Shown here: positions 1 through 9,519 of the stretch, piece after piece
Layout: each line of letters starts with the position of its first letter
Position numbering within the stretch: position 1 is the stretch's first letter
Assembly: GCA_964388085.1 (NCBI GenBank)
Contig: CAYLZW010000002.1
Coordinates: 225 to 64,224, forward strand
Direction of reading: 5' to 3'
From: an uncultured Myxococcales bacterium
GTDB taxonomy: Bacteria > Myxococcota > UBA727 > CAYLZW01
Length of the DNA stretch: 64,000 bases
Notes under the pieces: generated by a model
What the model saw: only the letters and a program-made list of their open reading frames with translations
Databases searched by the model: none
Told to the model about the DNA's origin: nothing
Program-made: the position numbers and the translations under genes

Positions 1-674
1 GGCCCGCAGTCGACGACGACGTGGTCGTAGGGCGCCGCGCCGAGCTTCTGCTTGAACACGCCCGCCCGGCTCGGATCGCGAGCGAGCGCCAGCTCCGCGT
101 GCGCGAGGGTGCCGTCCGACGGCAGCACGTCGAAGTCCTTGCCGAGGGGGACAGCGACGTCCTCGAGCGGCGCGTCCTCCATGAGCAGGTGATACAGCGT
201 GCGGCGCGCGCGGATGCCGAGGCTGGCGGCCACGTTGCCCTGCGGATCGCCGTCGACGAGGAGCACCTTCCGGCCGGCCTCGGCGAGCCCGGACGCCACG
301 CTGATGGCCGTCGTCGTCTTGCCGGTGCCGCCCTTCTGGTTCAGCACCGCGAGCCGATGCGCGCGCGGGATCTTCGTCGGCGGCGCCGCGCGCTCGCGGT
401 ACTCGAGCCGCGCGAGGCACGCCTCGGAGCAGACGTGCACGCGACGCTGGCCGCGCGTCTGGGCCTGCCAGGCGAAGCGGACCTCGACGCTGCCGCCGCA
501 GATGTCGCAACCGGCCGTCGCGCTGTCTTGTGCGCGACACGGCAGCGAGCAGTAGAAGCGATCCTTTGCTACGTCGCGCTGGAACGCCAGCCGCGGGCTG
601 AAGCCCTTGCCGCAGACGCTGCAAAGGTGCTCCGCGAGCGCCGTGGCGCTGACCGTCGTCGTCTTGAGCTCCAT
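1..674 (-). CDS. ParA/MinD-family P-loop ATPase with N-terminal double-CxxC zinc ribbon (C-terminus outside window)
   Basis: Reverse-strand translation from ATG at 672-674 reads MELKTTTVSATALAEHLCSVCGKGF...CDICGG...VHVCSEAC... followed by deviant Walker A KGGTGKTT and VLLVDGDPQGN (ParA signature). It has no in-window stop, so it is absent from the ORF track. The frame runs to nt 1. Confidence 0.7.
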   Translation of the reverse strand, partial: MELKTTTVSATALAEHLCSVCGKGFSPRLAFQRDVAKDRFYCSLPCRAQDSATAGCDICGGSVEVRFAWQAQTRGQRRVHVCSEACLARLEYRERAAPPTKIPRAHRLAVLNQKGGTGKTTTAISVASGLAEAGRKVLLVDGDPQGNVAASLGIRARRTLYHLLMEDAPLEDVAVPLGKDFDVLPSDGTLAHAELALARDPSRAGVFKQKLGAAPYDHVVVDCG

Positions 675-841
675 AGGGCGGAAGCTTCCCCGAGGAGAGG
701 CGTCGTCGTCAACGCGCCCGGTACATCGACCTCGATGCACGCCCCCTCGGAGAAGAGCGCATGCACCAGCGAGCGACAGACTTCCTTAAAGGCCTCATTC
801 CACGGCAGAGTGCGGCTCTCGGCTCGGCGCCGAAGCACACC

Positions 842-2458
842 ATGTCGCTCGTGGAGGATCCCGATCCGCTCGTCGGCCAGACCCTGGCCGGACGCTATCG
901 CGTGCGCCGCAAGCTCGAGCAGGGCGGCATGGGCGCCATCTACATCGCGACCCAGGAGCCGCTCGGTCGCGAGGTCGCGCTCAAGCTGCTCCGTCGAGAG
1001 TACGCCGACGACGCTACCGCGCTCGGCCGCTTCGAGAAGGAGGCGCGCGCCGCGAGCGCCCTCGCGCACCCGCACATCGTGACCATCTACGACTTCGGCC
1101 AGACCGGAGACGGGCACCTGTTCCTCGCCATGGAGTACCTCAGGGGGCGCAGCTTGCGCCGCCTGCTCGACGACGAGGGGCGCATGTCCTGGCGGCGCTC
1201 GCTGCGCGTCATCCGCGGCATCGCCAGCGGCCTCGTCGAGGCGCACCGGCACGGCATCATGCACCGGGACCTGAAGCCCGAGAACGTCATGCTCGTGCGC
1301 GCCGGTGACGATGACGACTTCGTGAAGATCCTCGACTTCGGGCTCGCGCGCAGCGTGCAGCGGGATGACGACGTGGACGCGCGCCTGACGCAAAAGGACG
1401 TCATCCCCGGCACGCCGAACTACATGCCGCCCGAGCGCATCAACGGCAAAGACGACGACCTGCGCAGCGACCTCTACGCCATCGGCGCCGTCTGGTTCGA
1501 GCTCTTGACCGGGCGCATCCCCTTCGCGGGCGAGTCCGCGGTGCGCATCCTCGTTCGCCACATGCAGGACCCACCGCCTCGGCCGAGCGAGCATGGCGCC
1601 GGAGCGAGCGTGCCCGCCGTCGTCGACGACCTCGTGTTGCGCCTGCTCGCGAAGAGCCCGGCCGACCGGCCCCCTTCCGCCGACGCCCTGCTCAAAGAGC
1701 TCTCGCGGGTAGACGGCAGCGAGGGCTGGGCCGTCGCCTCCACCGGTGACATCGCGCGCGAGGCCACGCACACGCCGGACGTCGTACAGGCGTGGGCGAG
1801 CGAACCGTCCGTAGACCTCGACTTCGCCGCGATCCCGCCGGTGAGCGCGCCCGAGGAGGGCGCCATCCGTGACGACCAGCCCATCGCGCTCACGCGGCGC
1901 AAGGGAGGCCCCCGATCGTCGCCCCCGCCGGACGACACGAGCCTCGACGCGATCATGTTGCTGACGAAGAAGAAGGCGCCGCCGCCGCCGCCGCGAAGCG
2001 CCATCTCATCGCTGTCCGACGCGGCGATGCGGATCTCGCGCGCCGGCTCGCTCGATGAGGTCGGCGCGGTCACGGTCGACTTCCTGCGCGCGCGCTTCGA
2101 TCGCGCGGCCCTCGTCGACCTGCGCGCGAACCCGCCGCGCGTCGTCGACGCCTGGGGGCTCTCGCCACGGGTGCAGCTCGAGGCCGCCGTCGCCGGCTTC
2201 CCGCCGCTGCACGCCGCCATCGCCACCGGCGAGGCCTACTATGGCCCCCCGCACGACGACGACGGCTGGCTCGAATTCCACCAGCGCGCCTCGGGCGCGG
2301 TGCCCGCCGGCGTGCTGTTCGCGGCCCTGCGCCGAGGCGGTCGCGCGGCGCTGCTCGTGTACGCCGAGCACGATCGCGCCGCGCTCGACGTGGACCTCGG
2401 GGATCTCGGCCGCCTGCTGCGAGAGCTGGCCGCGTCGCTCACGACCCTCCGCTTCTAA
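842..2458 (+). CDS. Hanks-type Ser/Thr protein kinase with C-terminal regulatory (GAF-like) domain
   Basis: Motifs present: GxGxxG (LEQGGMGAIY), VAIK-like (VALKLL), HRDLKPEN, DFGLAR, PGTPNYMPPE. Start taken at internal ATG (MSLVEDPD) rather than ORF-track 761. Divergent from the ParA-like gene. Confidence 0.85.
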   Translation: MSLVEDPDPLVGQTLAGRYRVRRKLEQGGMGAIYIATQEPLGREVALKLLRREYADDATALGRFEKEARAASALAHPHIVTIYDFGQTGDGHLFLAMEYLRGRSLRRLLDDEGRMSWRRSLRVIRGIASGLVEAHRHGIMHRDLKPENVMLVRAGDDDDFVKILDFGLARSVQRDDDVDARLTQKDVIPGTPNYMPPERINGKDDDLRSDLYAIGAVWFELLTGRIPFAGESAVRILVRHMQDPPPRPSEHGAGASVPAVVDDLVLRLLAKSPADRPPSADALLKELSRVDGSEGWAVASTGDIAREATHTPDVVQAWASEPSVDLDFAAIPPVSAPEEGAIRDDQPIALTRRKGGPRSSPPPDDTSLDAIMLLTKKKAPPPPPRSAISSLSDAAMRISRAGSLDEVGAVTVDFLRARFDRAALVDLRANPPRVVDAWGLSPRVQLEAAVAGFPPLHAAIATGEAYYGPPHDDDGWLEFHQRASGAVPAGVLFAALRRGGRAALLVYAEHDRAALDVDLGDLGRLLRELAASLTTLRF

Positions 2459-2459
2459 A

Positions 2460-2489
2460 GCACCGAACAGGTTGGCACCGGTTCGGTGC
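2460..2489 (+). terminator. Stem-loop (9 bp + 3 bp stem, gcaccgaac...gttcggtgc) immediately after kinase stop codon; possible intrinsic terminator
   Basis: Perfect inverted repeat gcaccgaac / gttcggtgc read directly, 1 nt after TAA at 2456-2458, followed by a weakly T-rich tract (gtgttt). Confidence 0.35.
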
Positions 2490-2749
2490 TCCAGGTGTTT
2501 CGAGGGGGCTCGCGCCCTCGCGTTTGGGGTCCAGGCCCCGAGACGCTTCACCCCATCCTCGGTCGCTCCGCTCCGAGCGCACCGAACAGCTCGCCCTTCG
2601 CGCAAGCTGATCGGCGCTCGAGGGCTCGAGGCGGGCGGCGGGAGGACTGCGGAGGGCGAACGATGCGCTTGTCCTACACACGCTCACCAGGTGTGCCGGT
2701 CGTCGACGAGCGGATGCGGAGGCGTTCTCCCGGGTGCTAGCTTTCGACC

Positions 2750-4771
2750 ATGCGCCTCCTCTCGCGCCTCGGCTCCTGGCTTCGCGCCGACAGCGACGCC
2801 GAGCAGAGCCTCGTGGCGGACGCGCCGCCTCCCTCCGCCTTCCCGGGCGCGCCGCTGCGCCGGCTGCCGGTCACGCCGCCCGAGGCGTTCCGCGACGCGC
2901 TGCTCGAGGCCCTCGAGCACGCGCAACGCGTGGGGCGCGCGGACGTGTATCGCCTCGATCCAGCCGTGCAGCTCCTCGTCATCCCGCCGGTATACGAGAA
3001 CGAGGAGAGCGAGGAGCGCCGGCTGGCGACCGACCTCGACACCTCCATCCGCAAGATGCAGTCGGACGGACGCACGCTCTCGTCGCTCACCTGGTCGGCG
3101 CTGCGCGAGGCGCGCCCCGCGTTCGAGCCCACCTACCGGGAGTGGGCCGGAAGCGACGCGCGGCGCTTCGAGGGCGAGGTGGGGCTCATCTTCTTCGTCG
3201 ACGTCGAGGCCATCGGCTTGGCCATGGCGCACGCGGCGCAGGACCTCGGCTTCTCCGCGCGCGTCGATCGCGTGCGCCCCTCCGTGTGGATCACCGACGG
3301 GCGCTTCGAGGCCCACGTCGGTGTGCACGCGCTCGTGGCCGAGGCGCTGTGGACGGCGCGCGGTCCCTTGAGCGTCATCCGTCGACGAGCGCGCTCGTTG
3401 CCGGGCGAGTTTCGCGGCTTCCTCGCGGCGCTGTCCGGCCTCGGCCGCCGCTTCCCCGGGGTGCGCTTCGACATCGACGGCGGCAAGCTGCGCGTGCGCG
3501 GCAACGGCGTCGACGGGCGCGTGAACTACCGGCACCTGACCGCCGCCATCCGCCACGGTTCGCTCGGCGTGGATCGCTGGCTCGCGCGCGTGACCCTCGA
3601 GGACCTCGTCACCCTGCACGGCGACGCCGGCCTCATGCTGCGCTCGGCCACCTACCTGAAGGCCTGGCCCGACGCGCTCGCGCAACGATTCGATGATTAC
3701 TCTATCGTCGCGGTGAGGCACTTCGAGGCGCGCGTGTCGCCGGTGCTTTCGCGCCCGGAGGACCCGCCCGATCGCTTCGAGCACTACCGGCTCGAGGGCC
3801 TCCGCCAGCTCGGCTTCTTGCGCTTCAAAGGGCACGCCTTCGTCGTGCGCCAGGACGAGCACGCGGTGGTCTGCTTCGTCGGGGACGGCATGGCGAGCGC
3901 CGCGCTGCACGAGAGCCTCGTGCGGGGCGCCATCGAGCAGCTCGCGCCCCTGCCCGACACCGTGCGCGTGATCGCGCCGTCCGAGGACGTGCTCCTCATC
4001 GCCCACCCGGAGGCCGGCGTGCGGCTGATTTCGGAGTCCGAGCGCCGCGCCACCCAGCTCGAGCGCGATCTCTACGACGATCCCTCCGATCGGCTGCGCT
4101 ACGAGAAGACGCTCTCGCTCAGCGGCGCGCCGGCGGGCCACTTCGAGCTCACGCTGGTGCCGGGCGACTACTTCGAGCTCTGTGATGACGCGGCCCAGGC
4201 GCTCCGTTCGGCACCTTCGCAAGCGTCGTATCAACGCGGGCTCGCGCTCGAGACCATCGGCCGCCAGGATCTGGCCGCGGACGCCTTCGAGCGCGCGCTG
4301 CGCTCGGACTCCGCGGATGGCGAGGTGTCCTTCGCGCTCGGGCGCTGCTTGAACGTGCTCGGGCAATACGAGCGCGCGGTGCCGCTCCTCGAGCAGGCGG
4401 AGCGTGAGCTGCCCGAGCGCGCGGACGCCGCGAACGCGCTCGGCATGGCGCTGTACCACTCGGGTGACTCGGAGGCGGCGTCGCAGGCCTTCGAGCGCGC
4501 CGTGGCCCTCGACCCCACCGAGTCGGGCTTCTACGTGAACCTCGGCCGCAGCTACTTCGACGACGACGACTATCCCGCGGCCGAGAAGGCGCTCGAGACC
4601 GCCCTGCACCTCGAGCCCGACTGCGCGGACGCGCACGCGTCGTTGGCCCTCGTCTGTCACAAGCGCGGCGACAACCTTCGCGCGCTGCACCACGCGCGTG
4701 AGGCCCTCGCGGAGGAGCCCGAGAACCAGATCATGCGCCAGCTGCTGCGGTCGCTCGACGTGGACGAGTAG
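2750..4771 (+). CDS. Hypothetical protein with C-terminal TPR repeats
   Basis: Long GC3-rich frame. The C-terminal ~250 aa show repeated TPR-like 34-aa units (YQRGLALETIGRQDLAADAFERAL..., AANALGMALYHSGDSEAASQAFERAVALDP..., YVNLGRSYFDDDDYPAAEKALETALHLEP...). The antisense 669-aa ORF is Arg-rich artefact. Confidence 0.6.
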   Translation: MRLLSRLGSWLRADSDAEQSLVADAPPPSAFPGAPLRRLPVTPPEAFRDALLEALEHAQRVGRADVYRLDPAVQLLVIPPVYENEESEERRLATDLDTSIRKMQSDGRTLSSLTWSALREARPAFEPTYREWAGSDARRFEGEVGLIFFVDVEAIGLAMAHAAQDLGFSARVDRVRPSVWITDGRFEAHVGVHALVAEALWTARGPLSVIRRRARSLPGEFRGFLAALSGLGRRFPGVRFDIDGGKLRVRGNGVDGRVNYRHLTAAIRHGSLGVDRWLARVTLEDLVTLHGDAGLMLRSATYLKAWPDALAQRFDDYSIVAVRHFEARVSPVLSRPEDPPDRFEHYRLEGLRQLGFLRFKGHAFVVRQDEHAVVCFVGDGMASAALHESLVRGAIEQLAPLPDTVRVIAPSEDVLLIAHPEAGVRLISESERRATQLERDLYDDPSDRLRYEKTLSLSGAPAGHFELTLVPGDYFELCDDAAQALRSAPSQASYQRGLALETIGRQDLAADAFERALRSDSADGEVSFALGRCLNVLGQYERAVPLLEQAERELPERADAANALGMALYHSGDSEAASQAFERAVALDPTESGFYVNLGRSYFDDDDYPAAEKALETALHLEPDCADAHASLALVCHKRGDNLRALHHAREALAEEPENQIMRQLLRSLDVDE

Positions 4772-4774
4772 CGT

Positions 4775-6157
<1,383 letters not shown>

Positions 6158-6203
6158 GGACGCCAGTCTGCCGTACGGCTTCGAGCAAGGCTATCGTCGC
6201 GCG

Positions 6204-7805
6204 ATGACCGACGCCGGACGCCCTCACGGCAGCGCGCTGCCGAAGCACGACGATCTGCTGGCCCACCTCGAGCCGCTCTGGGACGCGGACCAGATGCGCG
6301 CCGCCGACCGCTGGACCATCGACTCTCTCGGGGTGCCGGGCGCCGTGCTCATGGATCAGGCCGGCCGCTTCGTGGCGGACGCCGCCGAGCGCATGAGCGC
6401 GGGCGGTGCCGTCGTCGTGCTGTGCGGCCCAGGCAACAACGGCGGCGACGGTTGGGTCTGTGCCCGACATCTGTTCGCGCGCGGCGTGCCGGCCATGGTG
6501 CTCGCGCTCAAGGATCCGAGCGCGCTCGAGGGCGACGCGCGCGCCGCGGCGGATGCGTTCGGCAAGGCGGCGGCCGCGCTCGGCTGGCGGGCGCTCGACG
6601 ACGGCAGCCCCTGGCGCGCGCTGCCCCCGCGCGCGGAGCTCGTACGGCTGCTCCGTGCGCTGAAGCCGGCCGTCGTCGTCGACGCCCTCTTCGGTACGGG
6701 GCTCGGCCGCGCGCTCGAGGGGGCGGCCGCGGACACCGTCCTCGGCCTCTCGTCGCTCGAGATCCCCGTGCTCGCGGTCGATCTGCCCTCGGGGCTGCCC
6801 ACCGACGGACAGGCCCCCGCCGGCCCCTGTGTGCGCGCAACGGCGACGCTGACCTTCGGCGGCCGCAAGATCGCGCACGCCACCGAGCCCGGCCGCTTCC
6901 TCTGCGGCGAGGTCGAGCTCCGCGACATCGGCGTCCTCTGGGACGAGAAGCTGCGCGCGGGCGCGTGGGTGTTCGCGGCGCCGAAGCTGTCGTCGCTGCG
7001 CCTGCCGCTGCCGCCCAAAGACGCGCACAAGGGACGCTTCGGTCACGTCGGCGTCCTCGCCGGGAGCGCGGAGACGGCCGGCGCCGCACGCCTCTGCGCG
7101 CACGCCGCGCTGCGCGCCGGGGCCGGCCTCGTCACGATGCTCACCGACGATCCCGCGCGCACAGGTCCCGGCGACGAGCCGGAGGTCATGCGCCTGGGCT
7201 TCGATCCCGAGCGTCCCGACGACGCGCTCGCGCGCCTCACGGTCGTCGTCGTCGGACCGGGGCTCGGACGCAGCGACGAGGCGCGCGCGCGAGGCCGAGC
7301 GCTGCTGCGCGCCGCGGCGGCGAGAGACCTGCCGGTGGTGGTCGACGCCGACGCGCTGCCGCTGCTCCTCGAGGACAAGCTCTCGAGCACGCTGCGAGCG
7401 ATCGCGACGCCGCACCCCGGAGAGGCCGCCACGCTGCTCGACGCCGACGTGATCGACGTACAGCGGGACCGGCACGCGGCCGTGGAAGAGCTGCTTGGCC
7501 AGACCGTGCAGGTGACGTGGCTCCTGAAGGGCGCCTGCCCCATCGTCGGCGGTCCGGCCGGACGCCACATCGTCGTCGAGGGCGGCGCCTACCCGCTCGC
7601 CGTCGGCGGCAGCGGCGACACGCTCGCGGGCACGCTCGCCGCGCTCGTGGCGGGCGGCCTGCCGCTCGAGCTCGCGACCGTCGTCGGCGCGGTCGTGCAC
7701 CAGGAGGCAGGCGCTCGCCTCGCGCGCTCCCGAAGGCGCGGACACACGGCGCGGGAGATCGCGGACGAGAGCGCCCGGGTGCTCGACGAGGCCTGGGCGC
7801 GATGA
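6204..7805 (+). CDS. nnr: Bifunctional NAD(P)H-hydrate repair enzyme Nnr (YjeF_N epimerase + YjeF_C dehydratase)
   Basis: YjeF_N motif LCGPGNNGGDGWV. YjeF_C/carbohydrate-kinase motifs VVVGPGLG and AVGGSGDTLAGTLAAL. Start uncertain: ATG at 6156 (head-to-head overlap with the pepP start) or ATG at 6204. I chose 6204. It is followed by tsaE with a 4-nt overlap, as in the E. coli yjeF-yjeE pair. Confidence 0.85.
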   Translation: MTDAGRPHGSALPKHDDLLAHLEPLWDADQMRAADRWTIDSLGVPGAVLMDQAGRFVADAAERMSAGGAVVVLCGPGNNGGDGWVCARHLFARGVPAMVLALKDPSALEGDARAAADAFGKAAAALGWRALDDGSPWRALPPRAELVRLLRALKPAVVVDALFGTGLGRALEGAAADTVLGLSSLEIPVLAVDLPSGLPTDGQAPAGPCVRATATLTFGGRKIAHATEPGRFLCGEVELRDIGVLWDEKLRAGAWVFAAPKLSSLRLPLPPKDAHKGRFGHVGVLAGSAETAGAARLCAHAALRAGAGLVTMLTDDPARTGPGDEPEVMRLGFDPERPDDALARLTVVVVGPGLGRSDEARARGRALLRAAAARDLPVVVDADALPLLLEDKLSSTLRAIATPHPGEAATLLDADVIDVQRDRHAAVEELLGQTVQVTWLLKGACPIVGGPAGRHIVVEGGAYPLAVGGSGDTLAGTLAALVAGGLPLELATVVGAVVHQEAGARLARSRRRGHTAREIADESARVLDEAWAR

Positions 7806-8296
7806 TCGAGCTGACGACGACGTCGGCGGCGTCTTGCCGGCGCGTGGCGGCGCTGCTCGCCGCGAGCCTCGAGCCCCCCGTCGTGCTCGCGCTGCTCGGC
7901 CCGCTCGGCGCCGGCAAGACGACCTTCGTGCAAGGCCTCGTCGCCGCTCTCCCCGGCGGCCGCGATCTTCGGGTGCAGAGCCCGACCTTCGCGCTCGCGC
8001 GCACGTACGAGACCACGCCGCCCGTGCACCACATGGATCTCTACCGGCTCGACGACGAGGAGGCCGCGCGCGATCTGGGCCTGCTCGAGATGGCGTCGGA
8101 CGAGCGCGCCTTCACCTGCGTCGAGTGGCCCGAGCGCGCGCCTTCGATCCTCGCCGCTCCACGGGTGCTGCTCGTGCGCTTCGCCGCGAACGCGTCGAGG
8201 CGCAGAAAGCTCGTGCTCGACGGTCCGCTGGCGGACGCGCTCCACGACGTGACGGCCGCCCTGCGTCAGGCGGCGCGCTCGCTCGCGCGCGAATAA
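7802..8296 (+). CDS. tsaE: tRNA threonylcarbamoyladenosine biosynthesis ATPase TsaE (YjeE)
   Basis: The last 165 aa of ORF 5408..8296 starting at MIELTTT carry the P-loop LLGPLGAGKTTFVQGL and conserved HMDLYRL and VEWPE motifs typical of TsaE. The remainder of that 962-aa ORF is artefact. Confidence 0.8.
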   Translation: MIELTTTSAASCRRVAALLAASLEPPVVLALLGPLGAGKTTFVQGLVAALPGGRDLRVQSPTFALARTYETTPPVHHMDLYRLDDEEAARDLGLLEMASDERAFTCVEWPERAPSILAAPRVLLVRFAANASRRRKLVLDGPLADALHDVTAALRQAARSLARE

Positions 8297-8333
8297 CGCA
8301 CGGCGATCGTCGTCGAACGATCCAAACGAACAG

Positions 8334-8362
8334 TTGACAGGCAAGCGGGCGCTGCTATGAAT
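8334..8362 (+). promoter_or_regulatory. Near-consensus sigma70-type promoter upstream of tRNA-fMet (-35 TTGACA, 16-nt spacer, -10 TATGAAT)
   Basis: TTGACA at 8334-8339 and TATGAA(T) at 8356-8362 read directly. The tRNA 5' end lies ~11 nt downstream of the -10 element. Confidence 0.5.
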
Positions 8363-8373
8363 CCCGTCAGCAC

Positions 8374-8449
8374 CGCGGGGTGGAGCAGTTGGTAGCTCAT
8401 CGGGCTCATAACCCGAAGGTCGCAGGTTCAAGTCCTGTCCCCGCAACCA
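8374..8449 (+). tRNA. Initiator tRNA-fMet (anticodon CAT)
   Basis: Cloverleaf folded by hand: acceptor cgcgggg/ccccgca with the C1:A72 mismatch; D arm gagc-agttggta-gctc; anticodon arm tcggg-ctCATaa-cccga with three consecutive G:C pairs in the stem, an initiator hallmark; T arm gcagg-ttcaagt-cctgt; encoded CCA. Confidence 0.9.
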
Positions 8450-8457
8450 AACAAGAG

Positions 8458-8499
8458 ACGCGCACTTGGCTTGATGCCTCGTGCGCGTTTTCTCTTTGG
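8458..8499 (+). terminator. Rho-independent terminator after tRNA-fMet
   Basis: acgcgcac ...15-nt loop... gtgcgcgt followed by tttctcttt. The GTG that opens ORF 8481 lies inside this hairpin, so that N-terminus is rejected. Confidence 0.5.
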
Positions 8500-8582
8500 C
8501 CCGATGCGGCCTCTGGCCCCGCGGCCACCGTGACCTAGCGCACGTGCTAGCCTGCGCGCAGATCGGGTGTGGGAGCACGAAC

Positions 8583-9512
8583 ATGAAGATCTTTCTGACG
8601 GGTGCAACGGGAGCGGTTGGCCGCGGCCTCGCGCGTGGCTTCACGAGCGCGGGTCACTCGGTGGTCGGCCTCACGAGCCGGACGGAGAACAAGGCGCTCA
8701 TCGCGGCCGATGGCGGCACGGCGGTGGTCGGCGACGTCCGGGATGGCTCCTCCTGGCTCGAGCACGCCAGAGGCGCCGACGCGGTCGTTCATGCCGCGCA
8801 GCTCACGAGCAAGCGCCCAAACAAGAAGCAGGCGCAGGAGACCGCCGACGCCGATCTCAAATGCGTCGAGCTGCTCATCGAAGCGGCGAAGGGAAAGCCC
8901 CTCCTCTACACGAGCGGCGTCTGGGTCTACGGCGCCGGCAAGGATCGACGCAGCGAGAGCGCGGCGACCGCCCCGTTCCCCCTCATCGCGCACAAGCTGA
9001 GCGCCGAGAAGATGGTGCTGAGCGCGGCTCAGTCGGGCGACGTCAAAGGCGTCGTCATCCGCCCAGCGACCGTCTACCAGCCCTGGGGACTGTTCGAGAA
9101 CCTCTACCTGAAGACCATGGCGAAGGGCGGGTCCGCCAAGTACCCCGGCAGCGGGCAGGATCTGAAGAGCTGGATCCACGTCGACGATCTGGCGCGCGTC
9201 TATGTCGCCGCGGCCGAAAAGGGCCTGAGCGGTCAAGTGCTCAACGCGGCCGATGACGAGCCCGCGACCACGGCGCAGGTGATCGAGGCCATGGCCGAGG
9301 CGTTCGGCGCGAAGAAGCCGGGGAGCGCGCCGGCGTTCATCATCAAGCTCGTGCTCGGCTCCTTGCTGTCGCCGCCGCTGCTCTCCGACATCGTGTGCTC
9401 GAACGACGCCATGAAGAGCGTCCTCGGCGTGCAGCTGGCCTATCCGAGCTATCGCGAAGGCGTGCGCGCCGTCGCCGAGCAGTACCGCGGCCTGCAGCAG
9501 CAGGCGGCCTGA
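8583..9512 (+). CDS. NAD(P)-dependent epimerase/dehydratase-family (extended SDR) protein
   Basis: Starts MKIFLTGATGAVGRGLARG (Rossmann GxxGxxG). Length ~310 aa. Lies 8 nt upstream of the giant kinase gene. Confidence 0.75.
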   Translation: MKIFLTGATGAVGRGLARGFTSAGHSVVGLTSRTENKALIAADGGTAVVGDVRDGSSWLEHARGADAVVHAAQLTSKRPNKKQAQETADADLKCVELLIEAAKGKPLLYTSGVWVYGAGKDRRSESAATAPFPLIAHKLSAEKMVLSAAQSGDVKGVVIRPATVYQPWGLFENLYLKTMAKGGSAKYPGSGQDLKSWIHVDDLARVYVAAAEKGLSGQVLNAADDEPATTAQVIEAMAEAFGAKKPGSAPAFIIKLVLGSLLSPPLLSDIVCSNDAMKSVLGVQLAYPSYREGVRAVAEQYRGLQQQAA

Positions 9513-9519
9513 CGCCGGC

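Noticed and set aside
569-1771. 400-aa minus ORF and 353-aa plus ORF (21..1082) across the ParA/kinase region
   Set aside because: Both are in the wrong frame relative to the motif-bearing ParA (minus, frame ending at nt 1) and kinase (plus, 842..2458) genes. Their composition is artefactual.
2684-4693. 669-aa minus-strand ORF antisense to the TPR gene
   Set aside because: Arg/Gly/Ala/Val-rich low-complexity translation typical of the antisense frame in ~70% GC DNA. No motifs. The sense-strand frame has TPR repeats and proper GC3 bias.
8481-8582. ORF-track GTG start of the SDR-family gene at 8481
   Set aside because: The GTG lies inside the tRNA terminator hairpin. The first recognisable residues (MKIFLTGATG Rossmann motif) begin at ATG 8583.
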